38,142 nucleotides of DNA from Planctomycetaceae bacterium (GTDB lineage: Bacteria; Planctomycetota; Planctomycetia; Pirellulales; PNKZ01), in assembly GCA_016794255.1 (NCBI GenBank), contig JAEUIL010000073.1:1-38142 (forward strand). The letters are read 5' to 3'. Numbering within the stretch: position 1 is the first letter of the stretch; each line of letters starts with the position of its first letter. The notes under the pieces were generated by a model. It ran no database searches. It had not been told where the DNA came from and saw only the letters and a program-made list of their open reading frames with translations. Below are positions 33,778 through 38,142 of this stretch, one piece after another. The translations under genes and the position numbers were made by a program.

Positions 33778-34107
33778 CTACTCTTTCGGCTTCTCAGTGA
33801 ACGCGCCGCTCGGCGTGGTCAACTTCACGGGCTTGAACCCGGCTTTCTCGACCGCTTCCCAAATCGCTTTGCCCGAGAGTGTCTTCGCCGGCTGAGCGAC
33901 GACCGTCGCGGTGTGCGTCTGCACACTGGTGCGCACCCCGCGGACACCTTGCACCGCCAAGAGCTTGCCCGCGATCTTGCGTGCACAGTTGCTGCAATGC
34001 ATGTCCGTCACACTGATCGAGTATTCGTCGGCCGCACCGGCCGCTTGGGCCGTCGATCCGAGAGTGATTGAAGACAGAGCCAGGCTCAACCAAACGCGAC
34101 GATTCAT
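33778..34107 (-). CDS. secreted heavy-metal-associated (HMA) domain protein, MerP-like periplasmic metal binder
   Basis: 109 aa. Signal peptide 'MNRRVWLSLALSSITLGSTAQAAGA', then 'YSISVTDMHCSNCARKIAGKL...GV..V...........V', the ferredoxin-like HMA fold with an M-x-C-x-x-C motif. Confidence 0.8.
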   Translation of the reverse strand: MNRRVWLSLALSSITLGSTAQAAGAADEYSISVTDMHCSNCARKIAGKLLAVQGVRGVRTSVQTHTATVVAQPAKTLSGKAIWEAVEKAGFKPVKLTTPSGAFTEKPKE

Positions 34108-34170
34108 CGTGAAACCATCCTTCGAGGCAGGGGGAATGCAATTCAGGAATTGCCGGGAGAGATCCGTTCG

Positions 34171-34749
34171 TTATTTACGCACGTACAAATGCTTGGCCGA
34201 GACGACGAGCGCGCCGGAAGCGTCTTGCTCGGCTCGACCTTGGACGACGACCAATTGGTCCTTGTTCAACTGGAAGAGCTCTTTCGCGTCGAAGGCGAGC
34301 ACTTTGCCCGCGTCGTCGACGATCTTGACGAGCGCCAAACCCTTGGTCGGGTCAAACTTCTTCGAGCAGAACGGGCACGTGGCCGGGTCGTGTCCCGGAC
34401 CGGCGTGATGATCGTGGGCCGCTTTGGCGTCGGTCTTGCCGTCCGACTTGGTGGCAGGCACTTCTTCAATCGCGGCGGAGTTCTCCAAGTCGGCGACGAC
34501 GAACGACGCCTCGCCTTTGGTCCAGGGATTGTCGATGCCGCCGATCATGCCTATCAGCACGACTTCCTTGGGCTCTTTGACCGACTCTTTCACTTCGATG
34601 ACGCCGCTCGGGTCGGCCGGTTCAGCGGTCAGCAGATACTTGGACCGCAACTCGGCGGCGAGCTTCGGATCGATCGTCGTTCCCGAGCAACCCGCCAAAC
34701 TCGCCACGACGGCCAGCATCAGACCTGCACACCAGCGATTTCGACTCAT
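34171..34749 (-). CDS. lipoprotein with a His/Cys-rich insertion (putative metal-binding, OB-fold-like)
   Basis: 192 aa. Lipobox 'LAGC' at residues 18-21; AAGGAG 8 nt upstream of the ATG. The insertion 'AAHDHHAGPGHDPATCPFC' (residues 110-128) lies between beta-rich segments 'VVLIGMIGG...ASFVVAD' and 'ALVKIVDDAGKVL...LVVVQGRAE...ALVVSAKHLY'. Confidence 0.65.
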   Translation of the reverse strand: MSRNRWCAGLMLAVVASLAGCSGTTIDPKLAAELRSKYLLTAEPADPSGVIEVKESVKEPKEVVLIGMIGGIDNPWTKGEASFVVADLENSAAIEEVPATKSDGKTDAKAAHDHHAGPGHDPATCPFCSKKFDPTKGLALVKIVDDAGKVLAFDAKELFQLNKDQLVVVQGRAEQDASGALVVSAKHLYVRK

Positions 34750-34830
34750 CGTTCGTACTCCTTTAGACCGGGCAAATCACCGCCCCAACCGACCTCGTTA
34801 CTACGCTGCCGAGCCCATCCTCGTTCGGCG

Positions 34831-34877
34831 ATTCGCGTGCGAATTTGCATTGTGGCTATTTGCAACTGATTTGCAAC
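34831..34877 (-). promoter_or_regulatory. candidate regulator-binding cluster upstream of the lipoprotein/HMA operon: palindrome plus three ATTTGCA(AC) direct repeats
   Basis: The palindrome ATTCGC-GT-GCGAAT is at 34831-34844. ATTTGCA is at 34843-34849, and ATTTGCAAC is at 34858-34866 and 34869-34877 (exact 9-mer, 11-bp spacing). The cluster sits 82-128 nt upstream of the minus-strand ATG at 34749. Confidence 0.35.
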
Positions 34878-35018
34878 AGCCTCTGAGTTCGTTTTCGGCT
34901 AGCGTCGGGCTAGAACTTCATGCGAAAGTCGCGATTCAGTCGCAAGTGCCTTGCTGGCAATCACTTGCGTTATTTATACAGGAATCCAAATCGCTCGGAG
35001 CGTGTTGGATACTCCTGC

Positions 35019-38000
35019 TTACGCTCCACTCACCACCTCGAACTTCGCCTGCGAGTCTTTCGGCTTCTTGACCACGACCTTCAATTCCTGGCCGGGGGCC
35101 GTCGGCGAAACACGCAGCGTGACCGTGTGCTTACCCTTGGGCAGCACGACGCTCACCTCGGACTTGCCATGGTACGGCTCGCTGTCGACCCACAGCAAAT
35201 GCTTGCCGGGTCCGGCGATCTCGAACGACACCGCGCCCGCGGAGGTGACGTTGACCTCGCCCTGCACGTAGATCTGCGATTGATTCTCGACCACGCGCAA
35301 CTCGTCGAGCGGCAACGAGCCTTGGGCCTTGGCATAGGCCGGTCGCCATTGCTTCGAGTCGAGCACGTAGCGCTTGAAGTGCGCGACGAACGGCGCTTCG
35401 TCCGCCTTCTCACCCAGCAACGGCACCGGCTTCGCCTCGGCCAAGTAACGCCACCGCTGAATCGTGGGCGTGGTGCGAATCGCATACGGACCGGGCTTGC
35501 CCAGTTCGGAAATGAACTTCACCAGATCGAGCAGCTCGTCGTGCGTGAGGAACTTCGCCAGCCCCTTGGGCATTAGTGACTTGCCTTCGGCCTCTTCTTC
35601 GATGTCCGCGACCGGAATCGTGATCGTCTTGCCCGATGCTTCCTTAAGCGTGACCCGCACGTTGTCGCGATTGGCAACAATACCCGTGTGCACTTCGCCG
35701 CCAGTGGTTTGAATGATCTTGGTGACGAACTGCTCTTTGATCGCGAGGTCGGGATTGAGAATCGAGTTCACGACATAGTCGACCGGCGCGACCGAGCCGA
35801 CGCTGCTGAGTTCCGGCCCAACGTCGCCACCCGCCTTGCTGATCGCATGGCACTTGAAGCAGCTCAGGTCGGCCCGGCGAAACACCAGCTCGCCCCGTTC
35901 GGCGTTCCCCCTGGCCGCGACCTCGGCTGCGATGCTCGCCACTTGCTCGGGTGTCGGCGGTGCTGGATCAACGGCAATGCCCGCCGCGGTGCTCAACGTG
36001 TCGGACAGCTTCTTGTCGCTCCGGCCGACCGAGTACATGTACCGAAGCGCGAGCTTGGCCACGTCGACGCTCAGCTTCTGACCATCGAGCGCCGCAGCCA
36101 ACGCATCGGGCCCACCCTTGCGATTCAGGAACGCTTCCATCAGCGGCGCGGGATTGTCTTTCGCCGTGCTCTCGCCGAGCACTTTCGCCGCATGCTTCGC
36201 CGCCCGGGCGACATCCGACTTCGTCAAACCGGCCACGGCCGACAACCGGATGCCCGTCGGCTGATCGCTCAGGCACAGCTTGTCGAGCGTCTCCTGAGCG
36301 ACCTGATCGCCGAGCGAGATCAAGCCATCAATCGCAGCACGCCGCATACCGGCGTCCTTGCTCGCCAGCGCGATCTGCTGCAACTCGCTCGACACGGGCA
36401 CCTTCCAAACGCTCGCCAAGCGAACAGCCGCTTGTTGCAAACGACCATCGACACCGCTGTCGGCGCGGATCAACTTGGCCAAAGTTGTCAGATCGCCCGT
36501 GGGCTTGACCTTGCGCGTGACGGCCGTGTCGTTCAGATTGGCGAACACCGCGAGTTGCAAGTCGGCCGGATAGTCGCCGTGCATCGTGCGCTGAAAGACG
36601 GCGGCCAACTCGGCGGCGTTGCCCCGCTTGCAGATCATGCTGACGATGTCGTTGAGCCGCTCGCCGGGGACCTTGTTCTGCTCGACGAGCTGCGCCAGCG
36701 GGGCCATCACGCTGTAATTCGGTTGCTTCGCCTGAATGCGACGTTCGAGCGTGTTGATCGTCTCGCCGAGCGTGTAGTTCAGATAGTCGTCCATCGGTCG
36801 CAGCAAGACTTGCTCGGCCGCGGCAAGGGCTTCGACATTGTGGAAGAAGCTCAAGGCGCGAATCGCTTCGAGCCGCACGCGCGGGTGATCGTCGTTCACC
36901 TGCGTGGTCAGTTGTTCGATCGGCTGCGAGACCCGATCGCGCCAGTAGCACAGCACACGCGTCGCGGCCGCCCGGGCTCGGAAATCTGGCGAACGCAGCA
37001 TCTTGCGCAGATACGCTTCGTCGACCACATCATGGGCCTGATGCAACCACAGCCCTTCGAGCAAATGATGCTGGTAGTCGGCGTCGTTCGGGTCGAGCCC
37101 CGCGATCCACGCATCGACCGCGGCCATCACTTCCCTGGTGTCGCGGTTCCACAACTCGTTCCGCACACGGTAGCGAGTCCGTTCCTCGGGCACGGTCTGC
37201 AATAGTTTCAGCAACGCGGGGATCGGCTCGCCCGCGATCTTGGCTGGGGTGACGAGCGGCTTCTTCGTGTAACGCACGCGCCAGATCCGACCGTGCCCAT
37301 GATCGCGGTTCGGATCGCGCAGCGAGTGCTGCATGTGACCAACGAGGGGATTGAACCAGTCGCACAAGTACAACGCGCCGTCGGGCCCGAACTCGATGTC
37401 GACCGGTCGCACGTTCTGATCGCCCGCCTGGAGCAGCGGCTCGACCGGATCGGCCGCGAAGCCCGCGCCTTCGTCGCGCATCTTGTAGTTGAGCACGCCA
37501 TGGAACCCGATGCAGTTGTTGAGCAGATAGTTGCCTTGGGCATCGTCGGGAAAGTTGCGACTCGACACGAGTTCGCAGCCCGCCGTGGGCCGCCACTGCT
37601 TGGTCAAGAACTGTTTCATGCTCGCGTGTTTGTTCGGATAATCGACATCGCCCGAGAACGCGGTGCCGTAGTAATTGGCTCCGCCCGAGGCGTCAGCGAC
37701 GAGGTTTTGCCCCCAGCCGTCGACATAGTGTCCCCACGGGTTCGCAAAGTTGTACGAGACAAACACGCCAAAGCGCTCGGTGCGCGGCTCCCAACGGAAG
37801 ACACCGGCGTTGACCAATCGCGTGGGTCCCCAGGGACTTTCGATCTGCGAATGATGAAAAGTCCCCTCCTCAAAATAGAGCGCGCCACCCTGATCAAACG
37901 TGAACGCGCTGATCGAGTGATGCGAGTCGGCCGAGTCGAAGCCATGCAGCACGTACTCACGCACGTCGGCCTTGTCGTCGCCATCGGTATCTTTGAGGAA

Positions 38001-38142
38001 CATCACGTTCGGCTGCTGCGCGACGAATACGCCGCCGCGACCGAGCTCGATGCCCGTGGGAACATGCAACCCGTCGGCGAACACCTTGCACGTGTCGGCG
38101 CGTCCGTCGCCGTTGGTGTCTTCGAGGATCAAAATCTTGTCA
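35019..38142 (-). CDS. PVC-type heme-binding CxxCH protein (beta-propeller dehydrogenase-like domain + HEAT repeats + cytochrome c domain + C-terminal beta-sandwich); N-terminus lies outside the window
   Basis: The frame is open to the window end; the 38132 'start' in the ORF track is a TTG. 'DTNGDGRADTCKVFADGLHVPTGIE' and 'DTDGDDKADV' are typical of the Pirellula/Verrucomicrobium membrane-bound-dehydrogenase domain. Central HEAT-like repeats ('DFRARAAATRVL', 'DDHPRVRLEAIRAL') follow, then 'CFKCHAISKAGGDVGPELSSVG', the PVC heme-binding domain. Confidence 0.85.
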   Translation of the reverse strand, partial: DKILILEDTNGDGRADTCKVFADGLHVPTGIELGRGGVFVAQQPNVMFLKDTDGDDKADVREYVLHGFDSADSHHSISAFTFDQGGALYFEEGTFHHSQIESPWGPTRLVNAGVFRWEPRTERFGVFVSYNFANPWGHYVDGWGQNLVADASGGANYYGTAFSGDVDYPNKHASMKQFLTKQWRPTAGCELVSSRNFPDDAQGNYLLNNCIGFHGVLNYKMRDEGAGFAADPVEPLLQAGDQNVRPVDIEFGPDGALYLCDWFNPLVGHMQHSLRDPNRDHGHGRIWRVRYTKKPLVTPAKIAGEPIPALLKLLQTVPEERTRYRVRNELWNRDTREVMAAVDAWIAGLDPNDADYQHHLLEGLWLHQAHDVVDEAYLRKMLRSPDFRARAAATRVLCYWRDRVSQPIEQLTTQVNDDHPRVRLEAIRALSFFHNVEALAAAEQVLLRPMDDYLNYTLGETINTLERRIQAKQPNYSVMAPLAQLVEQNKVPGERLNDIVSMICKRGNAAELAAVFQRTMHGDYPADLQLAVFANLNDTAVTRKVKPTGDLTTLAKLIRADSGVDGRLQQAAVRLASVWKVPVSSELQQIALASKDAGMRRAAIDGLISLGDQVAQETLDKLCLSDQPTGIRLSAVAGLTKSDVARAAKHAAKVLGESTAKDNPAPLMEAFLNRKGGPDALAAALDGQKLSVDVAKLALRYMYSVGRSDKKLSDTLSTAAGIAVDPAPPTPEQVASIAAEVAARGNAERGELVFRRADLSCFKCHAISKAGGDVGPELSSVGSVAPVDYVVNSILNPDLAIKEQFVTKIIQTTGGEVHTGIVANRDNVRVTLKEASGKTITIPVADIEEEAEGKSLMPKGLAKFLTHDELLDLVKFISELGKPGPYAIRTTPTIQRWRYLAEAKPVPLLGEKADEAPFVAHFKRYVLDSKQWRPAYAKAQGSLPLDELRVVENQSQIYVQGEVNVTSAGAVSFEIAGPGKHLLWVDSEPYHGKSEVSVVLPKGKHTVTLRVSPTAPGQELKVVVKKPKDSQAKFEVVSGA

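Noticed and set aside
33778-34749. Mercury-resistance (mer) operon, because of the MerP-like exported HMA protein.
   Set aside because: No MerT-like 3-TM protein, MerA reductase, MerR regulator or mer operator-like dyad is nearby. The partner gene is a lipoprotein of a different type.

Overview
This is a GC-rich 38.1-kb chromosomal segment that looks like Planctomycetota, probably Pirellulales-like. Lineage-typical genes include a protein with two PSCyt1-type CxxCH domains, a giant PVC-type heme-binding/dehydrogenase/HEAT protein, a Tat-signal xylose-isomerase-like TIM barrel, a membrane-anchored Ser/Thr kinase and a secreted BNR sialidase. I support 29 protein-coding genes. The last is cut by the 3' window edge, and the first may be cut by the 5' edge. 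The genes mix housekeeping functions (nadK, aroH-type chorismate mutase, ThiO-like oxidase, Cys/Met PLP enzyme, HAD phosphatase, quinone reductase, class III aminotransferase, Nramp transporter) with large secreted or regulatory proteins. All product calls come from motif recognition by eye on the supplied translations; no database search was run. I saw no rRNA, tRNA, CRISPR array, transposase, integrase, prophage gene or recognisable defence island. Most of the many long ORFs on opposite strands are antisense shadows typical of GC-rich DNA. The unusual content is mainly non-coding. (1) An AT-rich 254-bp spacer is built from eight copies of a 12-14 bp motif in mirrored 4+4 order. (2) Three other sequence-unrelated paired-hairpin palindromic elements sit in intergenic gaps; one is present twice and shows a compensatory base-pair change. 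(3) The 230-nt leader of the Nramp gene has long-range, mutually exclusive purine/pyrimidine pairings. (4) Direct repeats spaced 11 bp apart, plus a palindrome, lie upstream of a two-gene periplasmic metal-binding module (a His/Cys-rich lipoprotein and a MerP-like HMA protein). I did not find a convincing novel multi-gene system. The best protein-level candidates are that metal module, a CxxCH/toroid-repeat + sialidase fusion, and an orphan HExxH protein.
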